Of a stretch of DNA of 36,875 nt, positions 1 through 9,068 are shown piece by piece (the first letter of the stretch is position 1; every line of letters begins with the position of its first letter). The position numbers and the translations under genes were made by a program. Under the pieces are notes generated by a model, which was not told where the DNA came from, made no database searches, and saw nothing but the letters and a program-made list of their open reading frames with translations. Source of the stretch: a virus (lineage: Duplodnaviria > Heunggongvirae > Uroviricota > Caudoviricetes). Location of the stretch: the IMG/VR virus record IMGVR_UViG_2700989507_000031, one strand, 5' to 3'.

Positions 1-1830
1 CCTGCCGTGGTTGATGCGGTGGAGGCATATCGCGGATCACCACAACTGATGGTCGAACGCCTTAATGCCCTGACTGAAAACCAGCGCCAGGTGGCTGATG
101 CACGAATCGCGATCGTCAGCGAAGTTCTGAAAGTCGCGCAACAACCTGGTTTCAGCTGTGCGAAGGCTATCCGGTTTATCGTTGACAACCTGGCACGTTC
201 GCAGCTGGACGAGCGCATTGTGGCAATGGTTGAGACGGCGAACGCCAAAAAGGGAAACAGCCGCGCGTTAAGTGAAATCACGCTGAAACGCTGGATTGCG
301 GCCTTTAACAAGGCGCAGAACGCCGCTGAACGCCTGCTTTTACTGGCGCCGGGTAAGCGCCAGGAAATAAAAGCCGAAGATATTAACTGGCTGCCCGAAT
401 TTCTGGCGCAGTATCGCCAGTCAAACGGCCGACCAATGACCGAGGCTTACGAGGATTTTGTCGCTGAATGGCAGCACCGGCACGCTGATGAGCCTTATAT
501 GCTCGATATCATGCCGTCTTATGACACCATTCGCCGCGCAATGAAGAAACTGCCGGAAGTGGTGAAACAAAAAGGCCGGGTGACCGGCAGTGAATACCGC
601 CAGCTTGAGGGATTCACGCGCCGCGACTGGTCCAGAATGCCGGTGAATTATGTCTGGATTGGTGACGGTCACGGCATGAAGCTGAAATGCGCACACCCGG
701 TTCACGGTCGGCCATTTGCACCGGAAGTGACCTTTGTTATCGACGGTGGCACGCGCTTTGTGGTGGGCTGGAGCCTTGACCTGGCTGAAAATGTTTTCGC
801 CGTAGCCGGTGCCATACAGCACGGCATTCGCCATCACGGCAAACCGTTTCTGTATTACTCGGATAACGGCTCCGGGGAAACCGCCGACATCCTGGATAAG
901 GAGGTTGTGGGGATACTGCCGCGACTGGGGATTAATCACCCGACCGGGATTGCCGGTAATCCGCAGGGACGAGGCATTATCGAACGGCTTAACCGCACAT
1001 TACCGATGCGCATAGCCCGTAAATACCGCACCTATTTCGGGAAAGGTGCAGATCGCGAGACGTTACGCAAAACCAACCGCGATTTACGCTCGGCATTTAC
1101 TGCCCTGCAACAGGGCAAACGGCTGAACGCCCAGCAGCAGTCAGCGATGCGTGATTTACCGTCCTGGTCTGAACTGATTGATGCCATTCGTGATGGTGTT
1201 GAGTGGTACAACAACCGGCCGCACGATGAATTACCGGTGAAGCCGAACGGGAAGCATTACAGCCCGGCGGAGTTCAGAAAAAAACGCCTGGCGGAAGAGG
1301 ACACGGAAATTGAATGGCTGTCCGATGTGGAATTGCGGGACATGTTCCGGCCGATGGTGGAACGCCCTGTAAGACGCTGTGAAATACGCTGGCTGAATAA
1401 TATTTACTACGCGCCCGAGCTGCGTGATGAGCATGGCCGCAAGGTGCTTATCAGCTATGACATTCATGATGCCGAACGAATTACCGTACGTCGCCTGGAT
1501 GGCAGCGTGATTTGCGAGGCGGTATGGGACGGTAATAAACGCGAAGCCTTCCCGGTTAGCGCGGAATACTACAAACAGCAGCAACGCCTTAAAGGCATGC
1601 GTAAACGCGCAGAGGAAAAAATCCGTGATGCCGAGGATGAGGTTGTCAACGTGCTGGAGCACAAGCCGCAGGAGCCCTGGCTGGAAAACATCTATCGCCC
1701 GGTAGGTAATACGGTGGCCGTTCAGCAACCTGCCGTTGATGATGAGCCTGATGAAGAATACGAGCGCAATTTCCAGCGGGGATTGCAGTTGCTCGAAGCG
1801 AAATTAAAAGAAAATGACCCGCTGGCCTGA
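1..1830 (+). CDS. DDE transposase, MuA-like; 5' end truncated by window edge
   Basis: Reading frame is open from base 1 (codons cct gcc precede the track start at 7). DDE-like blocks 'VWIGDGHGMKL', 'YYSDNGSGE', 'IIERLNRTLP'. Immediately followed by a MuB-like ATPase gene. Confidence 0.88.
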   Translation, partial: PAVVDAVEAYRGSPQLMVERLNALTENQRQVADARIAIVSEVLKVAQQPGFSCAKAIRFIVDNLARSQLDERIVAMVETANAKKGNSRALSEITLKRWIAAFNKAQNAAERLLLLAPGKRQEIKAEDINWLPEFLAQYRQSNGRPMTEAYEDFVAEWQHRHADEPYMLDIMPSYDTIRRAMKKLPEVVKQKGRVTGSEYRQLEGFTRRDWSRMPVNYVWIGDGHGMKLKCAHPVHGRPFAPEVTFVIDGGTRFVVGWSLDLAENVFAVAGAIQHGIRHHGKPFLYYSDNGSGETADILDKEVVGILPRLGINHPTGIAGNPQGRGIIERLNRTLPMRIARKYRTYFGKGADRETLRKTNRDLRSAFTALQQGKRLNAQQQSAMRDLPSWSELIDAIRDGVEWYNNRPHDELPVKPNGKHYSPAEFRKKRLAEEDTEIEWLSDVELRDMFRPMVERPVRRCEIRWLNNIYYAPELRDEHGRKVLISYDIHDAERITVRRLDGSVICEAVWDGNKREAFPVSAEYYKQQQRLKGMRKRAEEKIRDAEDEVVNVLEHKPQEPWLENIYRPVGNTVAVQQPAVDDEPDEEYERNFQRGLQLLEAKLKENDPLA

Positions 1831-1901
1831 AATAAAAAAATAACCCGAGCGGCGACTCAGGTTATTTGATTAAACAAGGTATCAAATGAGAGGTTAATAA
1901 T

Positions 1902-2712
1902 ATGACTGATATTAACGATGTAATCAAGACCATTGATGAACTTATTGATGGCGGCGTACTGACGCAGTATGCCATCGCCAGAGAGGCGGGAATTTCCGAC
2001 GGCACATTATCGGCTTTCCGTAAGGGAAAATATAAAGGCGATAACGCTGCTGTGGCTGCTTCCCTGCGTTCCTGGTATGAGAACTGGAATAAACAAAGCG
2101 CACTGCCGGAACCGCCGCAGTTTGTGGAAACGCAGACAGTCCAGGAGCTGCGCGCACTGTTTCAGGCGGTTCGTCTGATGGGCTGTATTAACGTTATTGT
2201 GGGCGTACCGGGTGTGGGTAAAACGGCCACTGCCCGTAATTACTGCCAGGAGCAACCAAACACCTGGATGATCACCCTGTCACCCGCGCACTCCAGCGTC
2301 ACGGAGTGTCTGCTGGAGCTGGCCGATGCGCTGGGGATTGATTACACCCGCGCGAACAAAGGGGCATTATCCCGCGCCATCCGCCGTCGCCTGATGGGAA
2401 CGCGTGGACTGGTTATTGTGGATGAGGCGGATCATCTTGGTATTGACGGTCTGGAGCAACTCCGGGCAATTCAGGACGCCACGGGGATCGGGATGGTGCT
2501 TATTGGTAACCCGCGCGGATTGTTTAAAGGTGGACGCCGCACCTTTGATGATTTATCGCGCCTGTTCAGCCGTCTTGCCCGTACAAAACAACTTCGCAAG
2601 GCCAAAAAGGCGGATGTGCTGGCCATTGCCAGGGCGTGGGGGATCAGTGGTGAGGCCGAGCTGGCCGTCATGCAGGCTATCGCTGAAAAGCCGGGAGCGT
2701 TACGCGTTCTGA
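1902..2712 (+). CDS. Transposition ATPase, MuB-like (AAA+); 3' end lost in assembly gap
   Basis: Walker A 'GVPGVGKTA' and Walker B-like 'LVIVDEADHL'. Position directly after the transposase. The track ORF reads through the N run, so the true C-terminus is unknown. Confidence 0.85.
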
Positions 2713-2783
2713 NNNNNNNNNNNNNNNNNNNNNNNNNNNNNNNNNNNNNNNNNNNNNNNNNNNNNNNNNNNNNNNNNNNNNNN
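2713..2783. other. Assembly gap (71 N)
   Basis: Run of N in the sequence; the B gene and the gam gene are both interrupted. Confidence 1.
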
Positions 2784-2784
2784 A

Positions 2785-3288
2785 GGCCGCAGCGAGGCTG
2801 CACCGCAGACCCGCGAAGAAGTCAGCCGCGATATCCGCACCCTGGGCGATATTCAGCGAGAGGCGCTGCGGCTGGAAACGGCGATGAATGATGAAGTGGC
2901 AGAAATCACCGCCCGTTATACGCCGCAGATTGAAAACCTTAAAAAAGAAATCAAAGTGCTTTTTAAGGGGATTCAGGACTGGTGCAAAACCAACCGAGAT
3001 GAGCTGACGAACGGCGGCAAAACCAAAACAGCCAATCTGACCACCGGAACGGTGTCATGGCGACTGGGGAATCCATCATGCAGCGTCAGTCGTGATGTTG
3101 AAGGCGTGATTGAAATGCTGCGCCGTATGGGGCTTGAGCGATTCATCCGCACGAAAGAGGAAGTGAACAAGGAAGCGGTCCTGGCGGAGCCGGATGCAGT
3201 GAAAGGCATTGCCGGTATTAAGGTGAATAAAGGCGCTGAAAGTTTTTATGTCGAGCCTTTTGAACAGGACGCCGGACTGAATAAATAA
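2785..3288 (+). CDS. gam: Host-nuclease inhibitor Gam-like protein; 5' end lost in gap
   Basis: Frame is open back to the gap (APQTREEVSRDIRTLGDIQREALRLETAMNDE...). 'WCKTNRDELTNGGKTKTANLTTGTVSWR', 'RFIRTKEEVNKEAVL' and 'PFEQDAGL' match Mu Gam as recalled. Confidence 0.8.
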   Translation, partial: GRSEAAPQTREEVSRDIRTLGDIQREALRLETAMNDEVAEITARYTPQIENLKKEIKVLFKGIQDWCKTNRDELTNGGKTKTANLTTGTVSWRLGNPSCSVSRDVEGVIEMLRRMGLERFIRTKEEVNKEAVLAEPDAVKGIAGIKVNKGAESFYVEPFEQDAGLNK

Positions 3289-3385
3289 CACCGCATTAAA
3301 TCTTTAAATATCACATCGTTTTAAGTATGGCGCTCGCGTCAGGGGACTGCCTGCGCCTGTAAACTGAAAATAAGGAACAGGATAT

Positions 3386-3928
3386 ATGGCATATTTTTAT
3401 TTCAAATTAGACCGTGTGCAGACAAATAAATATTTCACCAAATATCAACAGACTGTTTTACCGCTACGCAACAGTATTCTTCGGGCATTACTGAAAAATA
3501 CAGGCGCTGCCGGATTGCGCTTAAAGCCGTTTGCCATGGACGTAATCAGTGAGTTTTATTTTTCTGGTGCTCTGCCTGCGGGCTGGCGTAAGCGCGATGA
3601 TGTGGCTTTTATCGGGGACGGACCGTGCTTTATTGCCAGACCTGATGAGTCATGCCCTGAAGGACCGGCGATTGCCGCAATGATTGAAGCCGCTGAACGC
3701 GAGTTAAGAAAGCGTCCTGATTTCCTTGTCTGGCTCTGTGAAAAGCTGGGGGTAATGAGAATCCCCTCCATGTTTAACACGGACTCCTGGTGGACCCCGT
3801 CGCTCTCCCGTGATGCCCTGTGCGTGGTGTTTAAAGTAGGCGCTTATGGCAGGGAAATAAAAGGGTGTATTCCTGAAGAATGCCAGGAAATTAAACATTC
3901 TGAATATGTGGCGCTGACGGAGGAATAA
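3386..3928 (+). CDS. Early-region hypothetical protein (180 aa)
   Basis: ORF with SD-like 'aaggaacagg' upstream; first of a tandem array of small genes between gam and gemA. No family recognised. Confidence 0.5.
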   Translation: MAYFYFKLDRVQTNKYFTKYQQTVLPLRNSILRALLKNTGAAGLRLKPFAMDVISEFYFSGALPAGWRKRDDVAFIGDGPCFIARPDESCPEGPAIAAMIEAAERELRKRPDFLVWLCEKLGVMRIPSMFNTDSWWTPSLSRDALCVVFKVGAYGREIKGCIPEECQEIKHSEYVALTEE

Positions 3929-3931
3929 TTC

Positions 3932-4465
3932 ATGATTGATGCAAAAGTGCTTGAAGGGGTTAAAAACTGGCTGAGTATTTACGGGCGTCTGACCTGCGGC
4001 ATTCTGGCTGAAAAAATGAATATGCCGCCATCCTCGATGGTTTATTTTCTGCGTGATGCGGTCGATGCCGGGGTGCTGACGGAATGTAACGGTTTTTATG
4101 ATATTCCGCGTCCCCGCCCGGTGCAGCCGGTTCGTCGCAAATGCAGCCAGGAAGGTGCGGCTGATGATGTTCAGTGGTGCAGCTTCAGAAAGTCCCTGCC
4201 GTGGATTGAGGGGCATGATATTCCGTCGATGGCGTGGGAATTTGCTCAGGGCGTACTGACCTGCGAAACCGTTTATGTGGTGGCTGAAGTTGATGAGCAG
4301 GCCATGAAAGAAGGCGTGCCCCAGTTTGTGATGGCGTATATCGACATTCGCCTGGGTGTCATTATCTGCGGTTTAAGCGGCTGGAATATCACCGAACATG
4401 TTCTGCGTTACCTGATTGTTGACCGGACGGCTGCGCCTGCCGGGATATCTGCGGAGGTGGCGTAA
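3932..4465 (+). CDS. Early-region hypothetical protein (177 aa), possible N-terminal winged-helix
   Basis: SD 'ggagg' upstream; starts 4 nt after the previous stop. Confidence 0.5.
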   Translation: MIDAKVLEGVKNWLSIYGRLTCGILAEKMNMPPSSMVYFLRDAVDAGVLTECNGFYDIPRPRPVQPVRRKCSQEGAADDVQWCSFRKSLPWIEGHDIPSMAWEFAQGVLTCETVYVVAEVDEQAMKEGVPQFVMAYIDIRLGVIICGLSGWNITEHVLRYLIVDRTAAPAGISAEVA

Positions 4466-4980
4466 TGTTCTTTAAAACATCAAACCCTTCCGCGCTGGCC
4501 GCGTGGAAAAAATATCAGCAGGACTGCCAGAAAGTTAAGGATGAGGCAAAACGCCTTGAGGCCGTGCTGAATGTTGCGTGCCGGTCGGTATTTGTATCCG
4601 GTATCAGTGGCTTTTGTTTTAAAGGGCTGCGCTTTATGGATGACAAATATCCTTTTCATCGCGACTTATGGCGAAAACCGACTGCGTCGAATGGCTGGAG
4701 CTGCACACCGCGCACATCACGTATTCCCAAAGCCCTGCGCGTTGCCTCTGACGAACTTAACAGTCTGTGGCGTGAATATTCGCCCGTCACGTATGCCAGA
4801 ACCGATGCCCTGTTGTTCTGGCTGGGCATTGACTTTTCAGCAATATTGCATGGTCCCGTGAAGTGGTTCTGCGTTGACGATGTTATTTACCTTCAGTGCG
4901 AAGATGATTCCGCAAAACGGAAAATGACCGAAATTCTGTCTGATGAGTTTTATGCTGCTGAAAAGCGAGTCAGGGGGTGA
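4465..4980 (+). CDS. Early-region hypothetical protein (171 aa)
   Basis: ATG overlaps the upstream stop (taATG); SD 'ggaggtgg'. Confidence 0.5.
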   Translation: MFFKTSNPSALAAWKKYQQDCQKVKDEAKRLEAVLNVACRSVFVSGISGFCFKGLRFMDDKYPFHRDLWRKPTASNGWSCTPRTSRIPKALRVASDELNSLWREYSPVTYARTDALLFWLGIDFSAILHGPVKWFCVDDVIYLQCEDDSAKRKMTEILSDEFYAAEKRVRG

Positions 4981-4983
4981 TGT

Positions 4984-5535
4984 ATGATGATTTTACAACC
5001 CATGGGGCGAAAAGGCCGTGCACCCGCTCATGTCCGTGCGTGGACACCTGAAGAAGATGCACTGCTGATTGCGCTTTATCCATCCACCCCGGTTAAGGAT
5101 ATTGCTGTCAGGGTAAAAAGAAGTTTCTGGGGTGTACATAACCGGATTGTTTTATTACGCGGTACTTACCCGGAGTTGCTCAAATGCAAACGTCCAAGAT
5201 TTAAACATGATGAAGATAAATTTATCCGAAAAAATGCCAGAACGATGACCGGTAAGCAAATAGGAGAATATCTGGGGCGAGACCGGGATTCTGTCCACAA
5301 ACGGGCGCGATATATTGGCGTAAGCATGAAAAAATACGGAGAGTTGCTGCCCTTCACCCGTATACCTGATGATGATGTTCATCTTATTCGTGAATTACGG
5401 GATGCTGAATCACCACGACGTCTTACCTTCCGGGAAATAGGCGAGAAATTTGAATTATCCGAGAGTACGGTGAATTTTATTTATCACCATCGCCGGACTG
5501 CCGAAGATGTTGTATTACGGGAGTTAATGCCATGA
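4984..5535 (+). CDS. Early-region protein with three tandem HTH-like repeats (183 aa)
   Basis: Three internally similar ~45-aa segments ('WTPEEDALLIALYPSTPVKDIAVRV', 'TGKQIGEYLGRDRDSVHKRARYIG', 'TFREIGEKFELSESTVNFIYHHRR'); SD 'aggggg'. Confidence 0.5.
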   Translation: MMILQPMGRKGRAPAHVRAWTPEEDALLIALYPSTPVKDIAVRVKRSFWGVHNRIVLLRGTYPELLKCKRPRFKHDEDKFIRKNARTMTGKQIGEYLGRDRDSVHKRARYIGVSMKKYGELLPFTRIPDDDVHLIRELRDAESPRRLTFREIGEKFELSESTVNFIYHHRRTAEDVVLRELMP

Positions 5536-5843
5536 TAACGACATTATTTGTTGAATCAGACGAGCCTCTGGTATGTGCCGCCGGAATGTCGGTTTGTGGC
5601 GGAACGCTGACCGGTGTTTATTTCGGGGATTTGCGCGGTTATCCCTGGCATTCACTGGATGACGCATTTCCGCCTGATATGGAGGCTGTCGTGCTGATTG
5701 TTCAGTATGGTGACCAACAGGAACTGCGCATCGGCCATATGGGGTATGAAGGCTTTTTTATTGATGAAGAAACCGGAGCCTGCCTTGAAGATGAGGACGG
5801 ACAGGTGACGCACTGGTGCCATATTTCAGCTTTACCGGAATGA
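5532..5843 (+). CDS. Early-region hypothetical protein (103 aa)
   Basis: ATGA overlap with the upstream gene; SD 'gggag'. Confidence 0.45.
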   Translation: MITTLFVESDEPLVCAAGMSVCGGTLTGVYFGDLRGYPWHSLDDAFPPDMEAVVLIVQYGDQQELRIGHMGYEGFFIDEETGACLEDEDGQVTHWCHISALPE

Positions 5844-6208
5844 CGGGAGGTGAGTGCGTGAGAAGTTATATTGATAATGAAAAACTGAAGACAATCAGCG
5901 ACTGTCTTAGCTTGCTGGCAAAAATAAAAGAAACCATTGAAGAGATTAAATTTCAGCTTGAATACGAACCCTGTGGCGATGATACATGGCGTAACTCTGC
6001 CAGAAAAGCACTGGCTGTCTTTCAGAAACAACGCCGGACTGTTGAATACCGCCTTGCTGTATTGCGCCAGGAGGAAAAGGAAAGAAATATAAGACGTCAT
6101 GAACTCGTTAATGATTTTCTTGTTCGTGAATTAAAGGAGCGTGTGCCGGAGTCGGTATTTTTTGAGTGTGAGGCTGTTGCCCGTAGCAAAGCACTGGAAA
6201 CTGATTAA
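5840..6208 (+). CDS. Early-region hypothetical protein, coiled-coil-like (about 117-122 aa)
   Basis: Track ORF 5816..6208 starts with GTG inside the upstream gene. More likely starts are ATG 5840 (ATGA overlap) or GTG 5858, which follows a strong SD 'gggaggtga'. Confidence 0.45.
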   Translation: MTGGECVRSYIDNEKLKTISDCLSLLAKIKETIEEIKFQLEYEPCGDDTWRNSARKALAVFQKQRRTVEYRLAVLRQEEKERNIRRHELVNDFLVRELKERVPESVFFECEAVARSKALETD

Positions 6209-6220
6209 ACAGGCAGGTGA

Positions 6221-6556
6221 ATGATGAGTATTGAATTAAGATCGTCTTATGAATATCGTAAAATTCTCATCGCCGGAGGCATGAAACCGGAAGATGCAGA
6301 AAAAATCGTTTCTTTTATGGATAAAGAATGTGACAAACGGGATATGCCAGAAATTATTATGGATGACATGATTCTGCATTCAGCCGTAGCGTTAAGCCCG
6401 TTATGGATTGTGCATTCTCTTGCTGAAATTGCCAAAGGCACCGATAAACAGGCAGCTGTTGCTGCCCTTCAGACGCTTAATGAAATGCGTATATCTCCAC
6501 GCCCGACATTAATACATATGATTCTGTCCAGCATGGAGGATAAAGCAAATGAATAG
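6221..6556 (+). CDS. Early-region hypothetical protein (111 aa)
   Basis: SD 'aggtga' upstream of ATG. Confidence 0.45.
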   Translation: MMSIELRSSYEYRKILIAGGMKPEDAEKIVSFMDKECDKRDMPEIIMDDMILHSAVALSPLWIVHSLAEIAKGTDKQAAVAALQTLNEMRISPRPTLIHMILSSMEDKANE

Positions 6557-6746
6557 TCTACCCGCTGGATGGGCGCGGCCACTAATGGCCAGGAAGCATC
6601 ATTTTTTTAAAACAGGCGAAAATATCAGTATATGTGGACGGTGGTTATATCTGGCTCATAATCGCGAGCCGGATACATTTGAAAGCCCTGATGACTGTGC
6701 CGAATGCCGCAGAAGAGTGAATAAGGAGAAAGATAATGGACAATAG
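6549..6746 (+). CDS. Early-region small Cys-containing protein (65 aa), possible zinc ribbon
   Basis: Overlaps the upstream stop; Cys pattern 'ICGRW...DDCAECRR'. Confidence 0.4.
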   Translation: MNSLPAGWARPLMARKHHFFKTGENISICGRWLYLAHNREPDTFESPDDCAECRRRVNKEKDNGQ

Positions 6747-7032
6747 TTCTCTGTTGTTCTGGTGCTTATATATCACATCCTTTTTCGGCGCATTTGTTAT
6801 TACCCGGTGGTTATGTCGAAAAATCATCTGCTTTTTTGATAAAAGACATCCGGTTGAACGGGCGGCTGATGCGCTCATTCAGCAGGCCATTGTGTTATAT
6901 AGCGGTGAATTTTTCTGCCGGATAACAACCAGAGATGGCTGGCACATAATGATTATTCCACCAACACACCATGCCCGGTGGGATGAGGCAGAAAAGGCTT
7001 TCCATGTCCGTAAAAAGGTAAATACGGTATGA
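6736..7032 (+). CDS. Early-region small protein with N-terminal hydrophobic helix (98 aa)
   Basis: SD 'aaggag'; N-terminal 'LLFWCLYITSFFGAFVIT' is TM-like. Confidence 0.45.
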   Translation: MDNSSLLFWCLYITSFFGAFVITRWLCRKIICFFDKRHPVERAADALIQQAIVLYSGEFFCRITTRDGWHIMIIPPTHHARWDEAEKAFHVRKKVNTV

Positions 7033-7538
7033 GAGGAAAACTGATATCCGCCATTCATGTGGCAAAGCGCGAGCTTGCCCTGGATGATGAGACTTATACA
7101 TCCGCGCTGCTGGCAGCCACCGGCAAAACCAGCTGCCGGGATATGTCACCGGATGAGTTATCCCGCGTGCTGGATGTTTTCAAAAAACGCGGTTTTAAAG
7201 TGCGTCAGAACCCGGTTAACCGGGCCTTAAAACCGGGTACGGTGACCGCCAAAATTCGCGCCATCTGGAAGGTGATGCACCGGCAGGGCTTTATCACCGA
7301 TGGTGCGGAAACCGCCCTTAACCGCTGGGTGAAATCGCAGACGGCCGCGCAGAACGGCGGCGAAGGTGTGGCAAACTGGCAGTGGCTGGAGCAACACCCC
7401 GCCCTGGCCTCAGATGTGCTGGAGCGTCTCAAGCGATGGCACCGCCGCAAAATGCTGGCCGCGATGGGAATGCCCGAACGCACGCTGATGGGGTATGACG
7501 CCGTTTGCAGGCAGTATGAAAAATCACTTCCCCGTTAA
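7029..7538 (+). CDS. gemA: GemA-like protein (Mu gp16 family)
   Basis: N-terminal 'KLISAIHVAKRELALDDETYTSALL...TGKTSCRDMSPDEL' is the recalled GemA hallmark; sits directly upstream of the Mor-like gene. Confidence 0.7.
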   Translation: MRGKLISAIHVAKRELALDDETYTSALLAATGKTSCRDMSPDELSRVLDVFKKRGFKVRQNPVNRALKPGTVTAKIRAIWKVMHRQGFITDGAETALNRWVKSQTAAQNGGEGVANWQWLEQHPALASDVLERLKRWHRRKMLAAMGMPERTLMGYDAVCRQYEKSLPR

Positions 7539-7542
7539 CTCC

Positions 7543-7575
7543 AAATCCCGCCACAACGCGGGATTTTTATTTTAA
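7543..7575 (+). terminator. Rho-independent terminator-like hairpin after gemA
   Basis: 'aaatcccg' (7543-7550) pairs with 'cgggattt' (7559-7566), followed by 'ttattttaa'. Confidence 0.6.
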
Positions 7576-7607
7576 ACTTACCGGGAACGCGAGAACCGGA
7601 GGCTGAT

Positions 7608-8033
7608 ATGGCAGAAACTCAGATGAGCATGTTTGGTGGTGACAGTGAGCAACTGCACGCCCTTATCGACCGCCTTGATGACATCCCTGATGATGTTCTC
7701 AAAAAGAACTGGCCGCGGACCCTGTCAGAACTGGTTGAAGTCACCGGCGCAGAACTTCAGCGTCAGGGGATTGAGCCGGTACTGGCCGGTAAACTGGCAC
7801 GCAAGGTGGCTGCGGCTCAGGCAGCCTATATGGGCGGACGGGGTTATTACCTGCCGGTCGGGGAATCTCTCTTTGCCGAGCTGCGAAACAATGAGATATT
7901 TTCGCGCTGGGACCGGGGCGAGAAAATTGAATCCCTTCGCCGCCATTACCGGATGTCAGAAACCCAGATTTATACCGTCATACGTGAACAGCGCCGTCTG
8001 CATCTGGCAAGAACGCAACCGCCACTTTTCTGA
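7608..8033 (+). CDS. mor: Mor/C-family transcriptional activator
   Basis: 'GGRGYYLPVGESL' and C-terminal HTH-like 'EKIESLRRHYRMSETQIYTVIREQRR' parallel Mu Mor; SD 'ggagg'; lies between gemA and the lysis genes. Confidence 0.75.
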   Translation: MAETQMSMFGGDSEQLHALIDRLDDIPDDVLKKNWPRTLSELVEVTGAELQRQGIEPVLAGKLARKVAAAQAAYMGGRGYYLPVGESLFAELRNNEIFSRWDRGEKIESLRRHYRMSETQIYTVIREQRRLHLARTQPPLF

Positions 8034-8104
8034 TATTCCGCAAAGCCTGCCGCCTTTCCTTCACCGTTACGCTGACTCAGAGAACATCATGAGACAGCGT
8101 AACA

Positions 8105-8605
8105 ATGCCAAAACTCCCCGCACCACTGCGTAAAAAGCTGATTGCCCTTGTTCTGGCCGGTGCCGGGACGTTCACGATTGCCACGCATTACACCGGTTAC
8201 TGGGAAGGGAAAGAAAACTCCACGTATATCGATCCCACCGGTACACCCACCATCTGTTACGGCCATACCGGCCCGGATGTGAAACCGGGTATGACCCTGA
8301 CGGATGAAGAATGCCTGGAACTACTGGAAAAGGACATGAAATGGGCCTTTGCGGCCATTGATCGGCGTGTTCAGGTGCCGCTTACCCGTGGTCAGACTGT
8401 GGCGCTGGCTTCGTGGATCTTCTGGGCCGGTGAAACGAACTTCCGCAACTCCACGCTTCTGCGCCTGATCAATGCCGGGCAGATGCCCGCGTCCTGTAAG
8501 CAGTATATCCGCTGGATTTATTCAAAGGGGGTGAAACTCCCCGGCCTTGAGGCCCGCCGTTCGGCGGATGAATGGTTATGTCGCTACGACTTGCCGAACG
8601 TCTGA
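8105..8605 (+). CDS. SAR endolysin (phage lysozyme, Mu Lys-like)
   Basis: N-terminal Gly/Ala-rich signal-anchor 'LIALVLAGAGTFTIATHY'; catalytic E-x8-D-x5-T pattern ('WEGKENSTYIDPTGTPT'); 'ICYGHTGPDV' and 'AAIDRRVQVPLT' resemble Mu Lys. Confidence 0.85.
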   Translation: MPKLPAPLRKKLIALVLAGAGTFTIATHYTGYWEGKENSTYIDPTGTPTICYGHTGPDVKPGMTLTDEECLELLEKDMKWAFAAIDRRVQVPLTRGQTVALASWIFWAGETNFRNSTLLRLINAGQMPASCKQYIRWIYSKGVKLPGLEARRSADEWLCRYDLPNV

Positions 8606-8678
8606 ACCGCTTCTGGCGACCGCTCATGATAGCGCTGCTGTGTGCGGTACTGCTGTTACGGGGTGTCCTGTGGCTGCG

Positions 8679-9068
8679 GTGAATAATGCCTTACCGGCCC
8701 TGATTGCCGGGGCGTGCATGGCGGCGCTGGGGATTATCGCTGTACTGGTTGCCGCGATATGGGGAATGCACCAGAAGACGCAGCGCCTTGAAGACAATAA
8801 TCAGGTGCTTGTGCGTGAGCGGGATGAGGCGCGTCAGGTGCTGGCAAATCAGCAGCACACCCTGCAACTCATTTCACAAATCAGTGAGGCGGCCACGAAT
8901 GAAAAACAACAGAACATTCAGCACAGCGAGGGACAGCAGAGCGTTGTCCGCCGGTCGCTGGCAGCGGTGCCTGCGGCCTCTGCCCCTGTTCCTGATGATG
9001 TGGCTGATCGGGTGCGCCGGGCCGTCTGTGAAATACGTGCCTGTGAAGCCGGTGCCGATCCCCGCTGA
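8679..9068 (+). CDS. i-spanin (Rz-like) candidate; start uncertain (GTG 8679 or ATG 8718)
   Basis: N-terminal TM 'ALPALIAGACMAALGIIAVLVAAIWG' followed by a charged coiled-coil-like periplasmic domain; directly after the endolysin. Confidence 0.5.
   Translation: MNNALPALIAGACMAALGIIAVLVAAIWGMHQKTQRLEDNNQVLVRERDEARQVLANQQHTLQLISQISEAATNEKQQNIQHSEGQQSVVRRSLAAVPAASAPVPDDVADRVRRAVCEIRACEAGADPR

Noticed and set aside
1902-2891. Track ORF reading through the N run as one 329-aa protein (and minus-strand ORF 2471-2803 across the same gap)
   Set aside because: Translation across unknown bases is an artefact. The region is split into a truncated B gene, the gap and a truncated gam gene.
8626-8682. 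18-codon hydrophobic mini-ORF (MIALLCAVLLLRGVLWLR) between endolysin and spanins
   Set aside because: Too short and without SD; more likely the out-of-frame shadow of the i-spanin leader region.
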